Below, in pieces: positions 11,359-24,309 of a stretch of 64,000 bases of DNA. Where the stretch lies: NCBI GenBank assembly GCA_020536535.1, contig JAHLWZ010000004.1:329673-393672 (forward strand), in the 5' to 3' direction. Positions within the stretch are counted from its first letter, which is position 1; each line of letters starts with the position of its first letter. Under the pieces are notes generated by a model. That model worked only from the letters and a program-made list of their open reading frames with translations, did no database searches and was not told the DNA's origin. The stretch comes from Pelomyxa schiedti. Lineage: Eukaryota; Protista; Evosea. A program made the translations under genes and the position numbers.

Positions 11359-14300
11359 ATGAGCACCTCCCTCTCGGATGAAGTGCCCATTATCATGCAA
11401 CTTCCTTGTTCCCCCAATGCCAACGCCGTCCCCAAGCCACCCACAGGCTCCTCGCCCGGCACTGCAACCACCCCCACCACCACGACCCCCTCCCCTGCTC
11501 CCTCGCCCGTGGCCCAGAGCGAGGGAGGCGGGGGCTCCGCGGCCCAGCAGCAGCGGGGCCCCGGGGGCGGCGGCGCCCCGGCCACCAGCGGCAAGGCCGA
11601 GCCCGAGTGGGTGATGACTCAGAAGAAAGTGTTCACCAAGTGGATGAACGCCCACGTGTCGCGGGACCCAGGAGGGGCTAATAATAGCACCACAACCGGG
11701 GCCACGCCGTCCCCCTCGGCACCTGGGGGTGGGAGGACTATTGGAGTCCCACAATTTGTGCCAATTACGCAGTTGGAAATGGAACTTTTTAATGGGTTGA
11801 CTCTGATCAGGGTGTGTTTATTGTGTATAATGTTGTGAAAGGTTTGTTGGGTCATTGACTTACTTTTTTTTTTGGCCTTAGGCTGCTCATGTGCTATTTG
11901 GGGTCCCTCTTACAAAGTACACTGCTAATCCAAAGAATCAATTCAGCTATTTGGATAATATTTCAGTGGCATTTCGCATGTTAGAAACAGCAGAGATAAA
12001 CGTAACCATTAAACCAATGCGTGTGTGGTATCTGTTAGTTCCCTGCCTACTTCTCATACAATAAAACAAAAGAGTTGATTGACCACGACCTGAAAATGAT
12101 TCTTGGTCTTGTATGGCTACTTATCCAGCAGTACAACTTGAAGAAGATAGCAGGAGGAGGTTTCTATTTTCTCTACTTGGTCTTTCCTTACTGGAGTATG
12201 AGACATGACTGCAAAAGAAGGACTCTTAACATGGTGCAGAGATTGTGTATGCATTCCAGGAATGAAGATAGAAAATTTTACTACTAGGTAGTGTTTTTCT
12301 ACAAAGTAACATGCATTTACAACCAAATCTCTAGCTGGGCTGATGGGCTTGCATTCATTGGTCTTATATACAAATTTAGACCTACCCTTATTGATATTTC
12401 CAAATACTCCAAGGTGTGCCAAACAAGCTCTTCAATTTTAATTCAAATTAGGAAACAAAACGCAAAAATCTTGAAGATTCTTTTGCCATTGGTGAAAGTG
12501 AACTAGGTTTTTCCCTTCCTACATTTTTAAGGTTGATGCAATACAGGGATTCCCCCACTTCTCGATGTCGATGATTTTTTCACTGTCACCACACTTGACG
12601 AACTTTCTGTCATGGCCTATGTGTGCCTATTACTCACTTGGTTTTTATAGTAACCTTGACTTCAGGTTTCAGAATTCTATCATGCCCTAGGGGTAGGTAC
12701 CAAAGTATTTATTAGTTTAATAATTATCAATAGCCTTCAGAAAGCGCACCTGTAAGTGAACCTGTTCTGTTGCCCCAACCTCAGGTGAATTTCTCTAGAA
12801 AGAAATATAAGATATTTAGAATCTAAAGTTAATTTCTATCAGACAAATCTCGAAACACAAAGACTTGAGGCTGAGAATTGCCAATTAAGGAAGCAGATTG
12901 ATATCCTTAACCAGGGGAGACAAAATGATGTATGTTCTAGTACAAGACTCACCTGATCACTTTACAGGGTGATGAAATATCTTCTTTGAAACGACAGCTA
13001 GAAGAACAAGCAGGGAAAATAAAAACAATCACTGATCAAGTCAACTCACAGAGGCAACAACAAGCCAATACTTTGAACCAAGTGGCGTGCTTGGAACAAA
13101 AACTCCAAGATAAAGAGCTGGAGGTTTAAACCTATGTCTCAAAGTTTAACAATCTAATTTTTCCCAATAAGCTAAAAAAGGTATCCCGGAAACTACAAAT
13201 GGAAAGGAATCATAACTCTCACTTATGTAGGTAACTGAGGCAATGCACCTTCAATTTCAGGCACAGTGCTCTTCTTTCCAATCGGAAATTCAAAATCTCA
13301 GCCAGGAATTATTAAATAAGACTTCACAATTGAGAACACAACAAGTACATTAGACCTCCCTTCCATTTCTCATTTTTTTTCCAGCTTAATACCGAGCAAG
13401 AGCTTAATTTGTCAGCAAAAAAAGAATTAGAATGGCAGCAACAAATCCTTGCTCTCAAAGAAGAAGTGGCACATTTGCAAGTTGATTACAATTAAATATG
13501 TTCTTCCCCATTAAAAAGCCTAAGGTTGAAGTAAATAAGAGAGATCAATGGAAAACAGTGCAAGAAACTGAATCCAGGAACAAACTAGATGAGCTCCATG
13601 CTGTTCAGGTAAAAGTTATTTCTTCCTTACTTCAACTCACCAAGATCAGACTGAATGTGACCAAAAGATGAAGGATCTCCTAAAACGAGTATCTGAACTA
13701 GAAGAGGAATTATCTATGAGAAAGGTTGTAATGATGTGAGCCCACAAATTTACAATCCTTTAGCGGGAGCTTGCGCACAAATCCACACTGGTATCCAATC
13801 TGGAACAAATGGAAACACATCTACAAGGCCGCATATCTGCACTACAAAACGAATTAGCAACATTCCAAGTAGGCTTGTTCCTTAAGGATTTCCAAGTGAC
13901 CTCCCTTGCAGCTTAGTAGTGATCAAAAGGCTTCTGCGATTGCAATTTTTCGACAGCAAGAGCTTGATATGAACAGTAAGCTTCATTCATTGCAAGAGCA
14001 ACTTGTGCAGTCCAAAGTTGAAAGCACCTACTGTAACTTCTTCATTAATCCTTCTTTCTGTAGAAAAATCACGAAAACTGTGCTGAAATACTATCTCAAA
14101 TGGAGGTAAAACTTGTGGCAATGCAAGAGCAAGCTACCAAATTCAAGGTACCGACACATCCATTTCCTTCCAAAAATCACTCACCACTAAATTTAAGCTT
14201 GAAAGAAATGAGCAAGAGAGTATGCGAGTGCAACAGGAAAGTGATTGGAGAAATCAGCTTAGTATCATTCAAGACCAACTGAGTAAAATAAAGGTATGTT

Positions 14301-17300
14301 GAAAAGTATTTCTGTACTTGTAGTTTTTTGACTGTTTGAAGGGAGATAATGATAGGCAAAAGTCCCTTCTTGAGCAGCAGGACCAAAATTGGAAAGTGAA
14401 AGTTTCTGAACTGCAAGCTCAAATATCCCAATTGAAAGTTGGCTTTATGACAGTTTGTAAATCAATAATATGTTGTCAAGGAAGAATCAGACAAGAAAGA
14501 TAGTATGTTAGGGGAATGGAAAACAAAATATTCTGCACAACAAGAACAAATGGTTCGATTGCAGGTCACGTGTATGTGAATTGGGGAGCAGTGGGGATTA
14601 ACATTGCAATAGAGTGGTTTCACAGAAAAAGAGTTGCTACTTACTCAAATGGAACGGGATTTAAAGGTTAGATTGTCTGCAATGCAGCTAGAGCTCAGTA
14701 ATACACGGGTCTTCATTCCCAGTGAGTTTGACAATCTCACCATCTTAGGTTCAACTTGATGAAAAAACGGCAGCTTCAAACCTTTTAGCACAGAAAGAAG
14801 CAGACTGGAAGTCACTTGAGTCTGCCCTCCAACTTCAATTACAAGAATTGGAAGTATGCAGGAGGAGTCAGAATATAATAAATTTGACCATTGCCGTAGG
14901 TATCACAAGTACAGAAAGATGCCCTTTTGAATCAAAGAAGTACTGAAATTAAGCAATTACAACAACAAACTGCCGTTCTTCAAGTATCACTATCTTATAT
15001 CGTCCACAGTTTCCAATATTTCTTGTAGGCAGCCGTAGAGGGGAAAGAGGCTCGTCTTATTCAATGCGAACTTGACTGCAAAGCCCAACTTTCAGCTCTT
15101 CACGAACAACTAACATTTGCTGAGGTAAAGTTCTCACCAAGACCTACAGGCTTAACACTTTACAAGTCCAACATGGAAAAGTATAAATCTATCACCAGTC
15201 AATATGAAAATGCAAGTGAGAACCAAATTCCATTTCTTAGAGAACAACTCACCACTTTGCAAGTGGGTGCAAGCTATCGCATTTCATTTTGGCTAACCCC
15301 ATTTTAGGCAGAACTGAATAAAAAAGTGGAGTTTTTTGCCCAAAAACAAAAAGAATGGAATTTGCAGCTTAGCCTTTTGCAGGTATTTCACAAACATTCT
15401 TCTGATTGGTCACCATAAACATAGTCACAACTTGCGGAACAATCTGCTCTAGCCTCAGCTCAGCAAAGTGAATTCAAAGAAAAAGCTCTCTCTTTGACCA
15501 ACGAAAATACGCACCTGAAGGTTAATCAACTACAGTTGAACTCCTTGACTTTTACATTCTAACCGAATTTAGGAAAAAATTAAGGCCAAGGAAGCACAAT
15601 GGGACATACACATGAGAGAATTGCAAAGTAAATTAAGCATGTACGAAGTGAGTTCCCTTTTTGTCTTGAAAAAATGAGTCACTTTTTTGTAGGTTGAATT
15701 GGAAACAAAATCCAAAGCCATAGCCAGTCATCAAAAATCAGAGGAGGACACCTCACTGAAAATGGGGGAACTCTCTAGAAGTGAAGCTTCCTTGCAGAGT
15801 CAACTGGAATCCTCTCTTAATCAAACTCAAAAAGCACAGGTCTTTCCTTGCAACTTACACCATGCCTAAACTCCGTCAGAGTGAATTAGAACAGATGGTA
15901 AAAAATGTAGCTTCTCTTATTGACGAAAGATCAGGATTGAACCAACAACTTGCCCAATCGGAGGTATCTCCAAGATCTGAATTTTTTACTCTATTAATCT
16001 AACAATCCCCAGGAAAGTCGTAAAGAAAAGCAAGAGACAATTAACCAGCTGGAAAGTCAGTTGTTAGTTCTCCAATCCCAAATGGCCTCTTCTACTGTGT
16101 GTGGAATCTATTGGTATTCCTACTAACTCAACTTTAGCAAGCATGTAAACAAATGGAAGCAACACGGGCCGAACAGACAAATGGCTGGAAGTTACGTTAC
16201 ACTCACCTTGAGCAGCAATACAATACTCTTTTGAAACAAGTTTCCGAACTTAGGAATTCCCACAAACATGTCAGCACACTAAATACCAAGTTTATGTTAA
16301 AGAATGTCCTTCTAGTCCTTTAATGTCGACTTTGTACGAGAGTCCGAGACATCCATCCAGTCAACCACACATACTGATTCCCAGGTGAGCTATCTTGTAT
16401 AATCTTCCCGCCTGACAGCTACAGATCGACAGCCCTAGTACAGACAATGACATCCAGTGGAGGGAATGTGCAGAACAAAGAAAGTTGGACCTGGAAAGAA
16501 TACAAGTGAGACACCTATATTTCAATTTTAGTGTAAGAGAAAAAGTTAGAAAATGAGAGGTGTCTCTCGCAGCTGCAAGCAGTTAGTAAAAGTAATGAGG
16601 AGTTGTCTCAACAAATCGCTACTAAAAAGGACTCCGATGTATTGGTAATGTAACCCAATGGTTACCTTCCCTAGTAACTCAGCCCAGGCAATTTCACTTT
16701 TAGAAACTGAGTACAAAAGTAAACTGGATAGGGTGAATGATAATTTATTACGAACCCAGGTATCCCCTTTTGGTTTTTCCACTATCTTATTGATACAGCA
16801 TGCGTTGGAAGAAAAGAGTACTTCTTTGCTGGCTTCTTCACATCGCCTTGAAGAAATGCAAAACAAACTATCACAAACAGAGGTGTGATTTTTCCCCCCA
16901 AAAGGAAAATTGATTCCCACTCCAGAGAACTGTTCAAACTTTGACAGATGCGAATGAAGCTCTCATCCACAAAAGTTCCCAAAGGGAACTTGAATTGAAA
17001 GAAGAAATTTCGACCCTAAAAGAAACCCTTCAACAGATGCAGGTCTGGGTTATAACCCCAGTGTACCAATATTCATCTTCACAGTTAAGACAGTCCAGTG
17101 AATCTTCCACTGAACATGGAAATGGGTTACTGCAACCAAATAACCAAAACCACGAACAACTACTTGTAACTATCGTTTTCATCCAATGGAACACTGAAAT
17201 CTTTAGGCAGAGCAAAAACAATGTATGGATAGATTGTCCCAAATTATACAGTCCATTCTTGGTTCTTTGAGCACTCTTAACTCCTTGGAGGTTGTTAGTT

Positions 17301-19784
17301 TTTTTTTCCCCCCAAACTGTCTTATTCACTGATAGATTGGTAGTACGGATTCCTCTGAGGGTACAATAGGAATACAGCAAAAACTTCCTCTCACCTCTTT
17401 AAGTGATCAACTAAGCCAAGCCCATGTCTAATGCCCTCTTCACACACCTTTGTAATTTTTCAACAGGCAGATTTACAGACTTATACAAACAAACTGGCTG
17501 CATGGTCTGTGTGCAATACAGGTCTACCACAATTGTCAGTAAGCCAAACACATTTGAAGCAAAGTGTCCTTACCCAATTTCAGGGTGACAGTTATACCGG
17601 GTCTTTATCAAGCAAATCGAATCAAAGCTTCCCACCTAATTCTATACAGGTTTCAATTTTGGGTGCAACAAAACCCTCAATAACATCATCCTCAGCCTTT
17701 TACTGGAAGCAAGGCAAACAGTGAAGCAATTAGTGCTTTCACGCAGCAACTGCACTCCCTACTTGAAAACTTCTCTCGAATGAAAGCACAGGTTGAAGTA
17801 ATCCGAATACCAAAAAAAAAATCACTCTCTCTAGCTTGAAAATCAGACCAACTCGGATCTCAGCTTAACAAAACGAAATGAACAACTGTGGGAACAAATT
17901 GCCTCTCTGTGGGATGCTCTACTAAAGCTTCAGGTTTGAGTTCTAAGGCTTTTTTTTTTTTTTTGGGTGATTTTTAAAGTTCCGGAGCCAACAAATTTTT
18001 GGGCAACTTTCCAGTTCACTTGGTGAAAAATCGAACACAGTTCAGGTTCTTTCTCAATTACATGACACCTTTTCATTTCACCAACTTAGGCCGAGGATGA
18101 ACTCAACACCCCTAATCCACCATTAGAAGCCAAAATATCCAAGTTAGAGGCCACTCTAAATCAAGTGCAGGTTTTCCATTTCTTTCATATACTTTTTTTC
18201 ATTTTCCCAGGGTGAGAAGGAAGTCATCACCATGAATCTCGCAAAGGCAGCAGCTAGAGAAAATGAACTTCAGACACAACAGCAGATTAACTTGGAAACA
18301 TTACATAAATATCAGGTTTGTGTGAACGCTACAGTTCAGTGAATGATTTAGCTCCACAGCTTGACAAAGAACAACTCTCAGCTAGGCTTGTCTCTGGTCA
18401 GAACCGAGAAAAGGAATTGCAAAACAAAGTGGCAACATTAGAGGTGCCTAGAACAGTTGGGGTAAGTCTCACGCCACTTAGGCACGTATAAGTACCGCGG
18501 ATGTATCTCCTCCAGAACTAGCAAACGTCAAGGCACAACTTTTGGCAACACAAGTTGGTTCAATTCTACAGCATAGCACTCACCTCCAACAGAGTGAAAA
18601 TAAGCAACAAGCGGAAGCGCTTCAAATGCTGAACAAGTCGCAAACAGGCCTCAACAAACAGTTATCCACCATACAAACCAAATTATCCCTTTCTCAGGTT
18701 CCACTGTCTTAGCAACAACTCCAAGTAAAAATTTGTAAAGGCATCATTGAAGCAGCAGACCTCTCGTATCAGGGATCTCAACAGTGTTGTGGAAGATCTT
18801 CGAGCACAACTGGCTGCAGCAACAGTACGTTTCACAAATTGTCCCGTTTATCATCTCTACAGAGTGAAGTGGAGAGGCAAAGGGCTACCGCTTCCACTTT
18901 TATGAAAAAAGAGGCAGATTGTCAACTGAAACTCAATCATCTCCAAGAGCAGCTGAATTTTGCCAATGTAACAATACAAATAAAGAATCTTCAATCTCAA
19001 TCAGCTGCCAGAAACAAGTTTCCTTAGGGCAACAGTCATTCTTCCAAACAGAATCAAAACTACAAACCAAAATTTCCAACCTGGAAGCGGAGCTTTCTCA
19101 TTTGATGTTTGAAATTCAGGTCTGCTTCTTTTCTAAACGTGCAAAGAATTAATTTGGATTCTCCTCAATGTAAGCACCTAAGGCAAGCTCTACAGTTCCA
19201 ACCTGCAAGTGTCCCGTCTCCTCCTGTACTTTCTCCTGCTCCAGTAAATACAAAACCTGTTAGCAGAGCCCCGCCAAGAAAATCCCGATACCTTGAAGTT
19301 CCGTGTGTCCCAGCCTCCAAATTGCTAAAGGAATTTACAGTTTCATAGGGCCACCCCAGTGCACCACAGATCACCTTCCCCACCCCGAACCACCCCATCA
19401 CCACACCCCAAAACAACCCTAAAGGCCAGAACTTGTTCTACATCCCCCACTTCCAGACAACGAAGTGAATTTCTTATACCACAGTCGAAGTTACCATACC
19501 GCCTTGAATCCTTCAAGGCGTCCTCATTTGACCCCCGTAACAAGAAGCTGAAGAAAGTATTCCAGGCACTTCTAGAGCAATTCCAAGGAACAGAAGAGAA
19601 CAGTGTTTCTATTGATGCACAAACTATCAAATCCGTGATGCAGGAGCAAGGGTATGATTTGAGCACGCAACAAGCAAGGCACTTACTCATTCAAATGGAT
19701 CCCACACAGACTGGGGTATTGCTTTTATTTGCCCTTCTCACTGAATTAATATTATACAAAGATTTTTTGGGAGCCATTCCATGA
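11359..19784 (+). CDS. Giant actin-binding protein with actinin/spectrin-superfamily-like architecture: tandem CH1-CH2 domains, an extended coiled-coil rod of roughly 50 short exons, and a C-terminal EF-hand-like region
   Basis: CH1 is PEWVMTQKKVFTKWMNAHV .. ITQLEMELFNGLTLIRV | ..HVLFGVPLTKYTANPKNQFSYLDNISVAFRMLETAEINVTIKP | LIDHDLKMILGLVWLLIQQYN. CH2 is VTCIYNQISSWADGLAFIGLIYKFRPTLIDISKY (12291..12506). From about 12800 to 19330, dozens of ~100-nt exons encode heptad-rich Q/E/K/L sequence, separated by 40-50-nt GT..AG introns. The C-terminus, ..KKLKKVFQALLEQFQGTEENSVSIDAQTIKSVMQEQGYDLSTQQARHLLIQMDPTQTG.., is EF-hand-pair-like. The exon count and exact boundaries are not resolved. Confidence 0.65.
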
Positions 19785-19965
19785 TACTCTTGCAGACTAT
19801 ATCACGTCACACAAGCCAAATTACTTCCCAAAGTTGACCACAAAACCGGGTTATATGAGCTAAGTGAGGTTGTGTTTGTAATCGGTTCTGTATGAATCAT
19901 GTACAACTGAGTGTAAACAAGAATTTAATCACAGTTTCCTTTTTTTTTCGAAAAAAAAACAAAAT

Positions 19966-21870
19966 TCAGTGCCATAAGGTTAAAACGACAAAAGTTGTGC
20001 AGCAAACACAAACACCCAGAGCAATGGGAATGATAATCCACAGTAGCAAATGGGGAAGAGTTGAACCCCTGGCAGCACTATGCACAAGAGGGTGATCAAT
20101 TTGTTGATGTTGTTGTGAGCCTGTTGTTGTGGATGGGTGTGTTGATAAGGACTCAAATTTGTCCTCTGTGAAAAAAGCCTTTTCCGCAAACATTTCCTCA
20201 AATTGGTGATGTGGTATTGCACACTTTCTGTGCCTCATTGATGAGTCCACATAACGGTGGGGGCTAGAAGAACCCCCTTGTTTTTCCTGCTGTTGTTGGT
20301 TGCTTGATTCTGTGTTTGTGTCGCTCAAGGGGCTTTGATTCTCACTATTTGTTGTTGATTCCTTTGTTGTGGATTTTGTGCTTTGTGTGGATGATGTAGT
20401 TGATGTGTGGATTCGTGAGTGGCAGCTGTTATGCTGTGATTCAGATGGAAGAACTTCTTTGTGGTCCTGACATAGCAGCACAGGCCTGGATTTGGGCTGG
20501 TACGCACATAAGGGAGTGGGTGAACTGCCGGTGGTTGAGGAGTAACTGCTGGATGATGTGTAGACTGTGGACTTGGGTGCTTTAGATTTTGCCTTTCTGC
20601 TTGTGCTGGTTGTTTTTTTGCTTGTTTGAGTCAGCTGGAAGATATTTGCCGGTAGCTCCACAACCCATTTTTCGCCTTGTTGCGGAATTGTAGGGGTTGT
20701 TGTGTGTGTGACACCAGTTTGGATGGTGGCAGAATTTGATGCATCGGCCGCACAGGGTGAGGGTTCAAAATTTGTGCAAGGCAACGACGATGGGAGTGGG
20801 TACGGTTGTGAGTGTGAGTGTGAATGCGGAGGTGAGGATGGAGAACAGACCTGGTACTCGGCCTCGTCAGAGAGAAGTTTTTCAGCTGCCTCCTCCAGTG
20901 GTGGTGTTTCCGTGATTGTCGGTGATATCTCGCCAGAATGTCCCGCAGACAAGGACGAGGACACGCGCTCATCTGCCGAAGAATCGGATTCCCCAGTGTG
21001 AGAACCCAGAGACTGTGACGAAGACGATGACGCCAAAGAGCCCTCGGAAGCCTCACTGTGCTCACCCGATTCCGCGCCATCCTCGCCATTCGGCTCACTG
21101 TCCCCAGACCCATAATTCTCCCTCCCTCCCTCCAGTTCCTCGCTGCCCTGGTCCTGGTGATGATCGTGGAAGGAGCTAGCACCCGGACGGTGACGCGATG
21201 GAGGAGAGGAAGAAGGCGAGGGAGAAGGAGAAGGCGCAGGGGAAGGGGCCGGGGCCGGGGCCGCGGCGCGGAGCCAGGCCTCCACGGCCCCCTCCACCTC
21301 CCCGCGCTCCCAGTCGCCAATCACGCCGTCCCGCACCCCCGCCCCGCACACCCACCTGGTCAGCATCCCCAGCTTCAGCCCGTACTCCCCCCCTCCCTCT
21401 CCCCCGCATTCTCCTTCCCCGTCTGCTTCTGCTTCCCACTCGCCCTCCCCCTCCCCTTCCCCTTCCCCTTGCACGCGTCGGTGCGGGGACAGCGCGGGGG
21501 AGTTCATGTGGGCGCTGACGAACTGGGCCAGGGTCCCGTGCACCAGCCACTGCTGGCACAGGGCCTGCCTCAGCTCCGCGGTGGTCCTGGGGCTGGGGTC
21601 AGTCCTGGCCCCCGTGCGCTCCCTGCCTGCACTCGTGCTTGCCGTGCGCATCCGCGTGGCCGACGCCGCTGTGGCACAATTATGGGTGCTGCTCATCCCT
21701 CTTGCCCTGCTGCTTGGTGTGTCCTTGGCGCCACGACGCGGGCCGTGGTCAGTCATGGTTCGTTTTCGTCGGTGTTGTTGTTCGCGCGAACGGGTACCAA
21801 AAAGAAGGTGAAATTCAGCAGTTTTGTTGATGTTCATGGAGTGGTGGGTGAATTGTTTGAGTGGGAACAA
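19966..21870 (-). CDS. Acidic Ser/Thr/Pro-rich mucin-like protein with C-terminal transmembrane anchor (low-complexity ORF; true start uncertain)
   Basis: A 634-aa uninterrupted ORF contains PAPAPSPAPSPSPSPSS and GEGEGEGE tracts and ends with the hydrophobic LLLWIIIPIALGVCVCCTTFVVLTLWH. The 20600-21800 region is GC-rich, and opposite-strand ORFs there are compositional artifacts. Confidence 0.4.
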   Translation of the reverse strand: MFPLKQFTHHSMNINKTAEFHLLFGTRSREQQHRRKRTMTDHGPRRGAKDTPSSRARGMSSTHNCATAASATRMRTASTSAGRERTGARTDPSPRTTAELRQALCQQWLVHGTLAQFVSAHMNSPALSPHRRVQGEGEGEGEGEWEAEADGEGECGGEGGGEYGLKLGMLTRWVCGAGVRDGVIGDWERGEVEGAVEAWLRAAAPAPAPSPAPSPSPSPSSSPPSRHRPGASSFHDHHQDQGSEELEGGRENYGSGDSEPNGEDGAESGEHSEASEGSLASSSSSQSLGSHTGESDSSADERVSSSLSAGHSGEISPTITETPPLEEAAEKLLSDEAEYQVCSPSSPPHSHSHSQPYPLPSSLPCTNFEPSPCAADASNSATIQTGVTHTTTPTIPQQGEKWVVELPANIFQLTQTSKKTTSTSRKAKSKAPKSTVYTSSSSYSSTTGSSPTPLCAYQPKSRPVLLCQDHKEVLPSESQHNSCHSRIHTSTTSSTQSTKSTTKESTTNSENQSPLSDTNTESSNQQQQEKQGGSSSPHRYVDSSMRHRKCAIPHHQFEEMFAEKAFFTEDKFESLSTHPSTTTGSQQHQQIDHPLVHSAARGSTLPHLLLWIIIPIALGVCVCCTTFVVLTLWH

Positions 21871-22077
21871 GATGCATTATGGACTATGTAGCATATTGGC
21901 TTGGTGGAGGTGCCTGATGCGGAGAACTCCCGGCTGTTGGACAAAGGGTTCTCCATCAACTTGGCAGGGAAGGGGCCCCTCCTTGATAAATGTTATCTTC
22001 AACTCACGGCCTTGCATGAGTTTGGGTGGTAGAATAATTCCAGCAGAGACTTGTCCCTGTTGGGAACGTTAGAGAAC

Positions 22078-24069
22078 TCACTCAAAGGGGAGCGAAGGGA
22101 AGAAAAAACAGTTAACAAATAACAACCAGCTCAAAAGCACTTTTAAGTGTAAGCAACTCAAACAGGTGGTCGTCATAGGTAATTGGAGCAAGGCCACGGG
22201 CAACCTAATAGAAATTAAAATTAGTGGTAATACGTAACAAGATACCTCAGCAGCGGTAGGAGTTCCCCACAGGTTTTTACCACCATAACAGCTAGGAAGA
22301 TTAAGCATTATTAAGCCAACGTTCAATGGCACTGTAGCTGCGTGACCATCCACCTCCACTGTGAAAAAGGTGTTCAAGTCTTCTATAGACTCAAACAGTG
22401 CACTGGCACCAAGTTTGACATACCTGAAACGTGTCAGAATAAAACTTACTGGTTGAAATAACTTACACAAATTTGTTTCCAACTCTACTCTTGAAGGCAT
22501 CAGGGTTGGCCTCACGTTTTGTATGGAACTCATAGGCAATGGCAGCGTCCAGTCCTAGAGAAGTTAGAAGAAAACCAAAAAACTGTAGAAATGTACCTAT
22601 AGAGAAGTAGTTATTGATTACGTGAGTGGTAGAGAAGGCCCCAACTTCACCAGTTGCAAAATTGATTGGGGCATACTCCAAGGTCCACCTGGATGGTGGT
22701 AAATCTGGGTTTTTGTTTATTTAGTGGTTGTAACCTATCCAGAAGTACTGTTGTAGATTTGGCAACACGTAGCAGTATGTCACTTAACTCCTCACCAGTG
22801 TAGCCACCACCCCAGCCAAGAGAACGAGCTAAATCATTACCTTCAAGGAGTGTGAGGAGTGAATTTTTTGGGGAAATGAATTACCTGTGCCAAGAGGCAA
22901 GATTGCAACCCCCTGTAAGAGATGAGCTCAGAACTAAAAATTTTAATTTTACCTCAGGGTTGACACCCCTCTTACGGATTGATTCCAGAACCCACCCAAT
23001 AGTCCCATCACCTCCACACGCAAGAACACGGAATCGAGGGTTTGCAGACATGAAATCCAATCTTTTTCCCACTTAGGTACAGTGGTAAAATTTGAAACGG
23101 TCCTCACCCTGGGTCTGGTCCACCTTTTCCCAAGTCAAATACTTGGCGGGGATTTAATAGACGGCTGTTGCAGGTAAGTTTGAGCTTGTAGTTTGAGGGG
23201 ATACTAAAAAACAGCAAGAACTCCTGCTCCCTGTTGCCCTCCACTCTTCTTGTTAACAAAAACAAGAAGTGGACTTGTAGTTGGGGATGGTATCAACTGG
23301 ATTGGGAAGAAGGTCAATAAAGAGAAGCGAAGTTAAAGAATGATACAGTGGCTTCACCATGATTCAATGTCAGTTGATTAGGTGCAAGAAGTAATGACTT
23401 AAATGGTCCAAGATCACATTCAGGTGCCCGGTCAAGACAGGCACTATGGCACTTGAAGAAAAGGAAAAGTCAAGAGTGATTAAAGGAGCAACAATGTTAA
23501 ACCGGTTGCAGACAGGTAGCACATCGGAAATCAACTAGAGAAGATAGGGATCCGCATGTCTTGTGGCAAACAACGCAGTCATAGCCCTACAAACTATAAA
23601 CCAAGAATTATGTCATTTTTTGGACAATCATACTCCTTCCTTATTGACATGAAGATTCCCTTCAACCCAGTGGTGTTGAATCTGAAATAAAAAGGGGGTA
23701 AGGTTCTCTATTTTTAGAACCTAGTGAGGAACATACGGGTCCAGGAGGTTGTGTGGTTGCAACACATGAACAACTTACGAAGTTGAGACATTTTTCATGT
23801 GAGACATATCGGCAGCCTTTGGGTACAGTCATTGTGGGTGCGGAAGTAAAAAAGAAACGCATACGCAAGCAAATAAAGGCTTGTTTCCCGAGACCATAAA
23901 GAAAGTCTCTGCAGTAGTTGCAAAAAGAAAATTTTTTGAAGTGGTGCTTGTAGAACAAATGGCACCCTTCCACCTGTCCATTATCAGTACAAATTTTAAC
24001 AGTTGAGATGTTTTGGTTTGGTGGTGTTTTTTTGATAGTAAATAGAAATAAGAAATAAGAGGGGCACAA
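22078..24069 (-). CDS. Diacylglycerol kinase (C1 domains, DAGKc catalytic and accessory domains), multi-exon
   Basis: The catalytic exon encodes ..[18 protein letters not shown].. (22881..23072). Accessory-domain exons encode ..[16 protein letters not shown].. and ..[37 protein letters not shown]... Upstream exons carry two C1 zinc fingers ([31 protein letters not shown].. and ..[12 protein letters not shown]..). Confidence 0.7.
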
Positions 24070-24309
24070 CGCACAAATGGGTGCTCCACAGTTTCAAACT
24101 TCGACTCTGCTTTAAATATGACAGGGGTCTAAGATCCAATGTAAAAGAAACCAAAAATACGGGGAAAAAACCGGTGGCGTTGCGGCCATTCTATCGTCGT
24201 GTTATGGGAAAACAAAAGGTAAGATGGTCCGAGCTGCAACAGGACAACCTGTGGATCCCTCCCTATCTATGTTCCTCAGGCCTCAGTCTCAGTCCATGGG
24301 ATATCCGTC

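Noticed and set aside
20631-21891. Long overlapping ORFs on both strands (21058..21891 plus, 20631..21320 minus, 21176..21559 minus, 21198..21518 plus)
   Set aside because: They are compositional artifacts of the GC-rich, codon-repetitive (PAPSPS / GEGE) region of the minus-strand mucin-like ORF. Their Arg/Pro/Gly-dominated translations have no structure.
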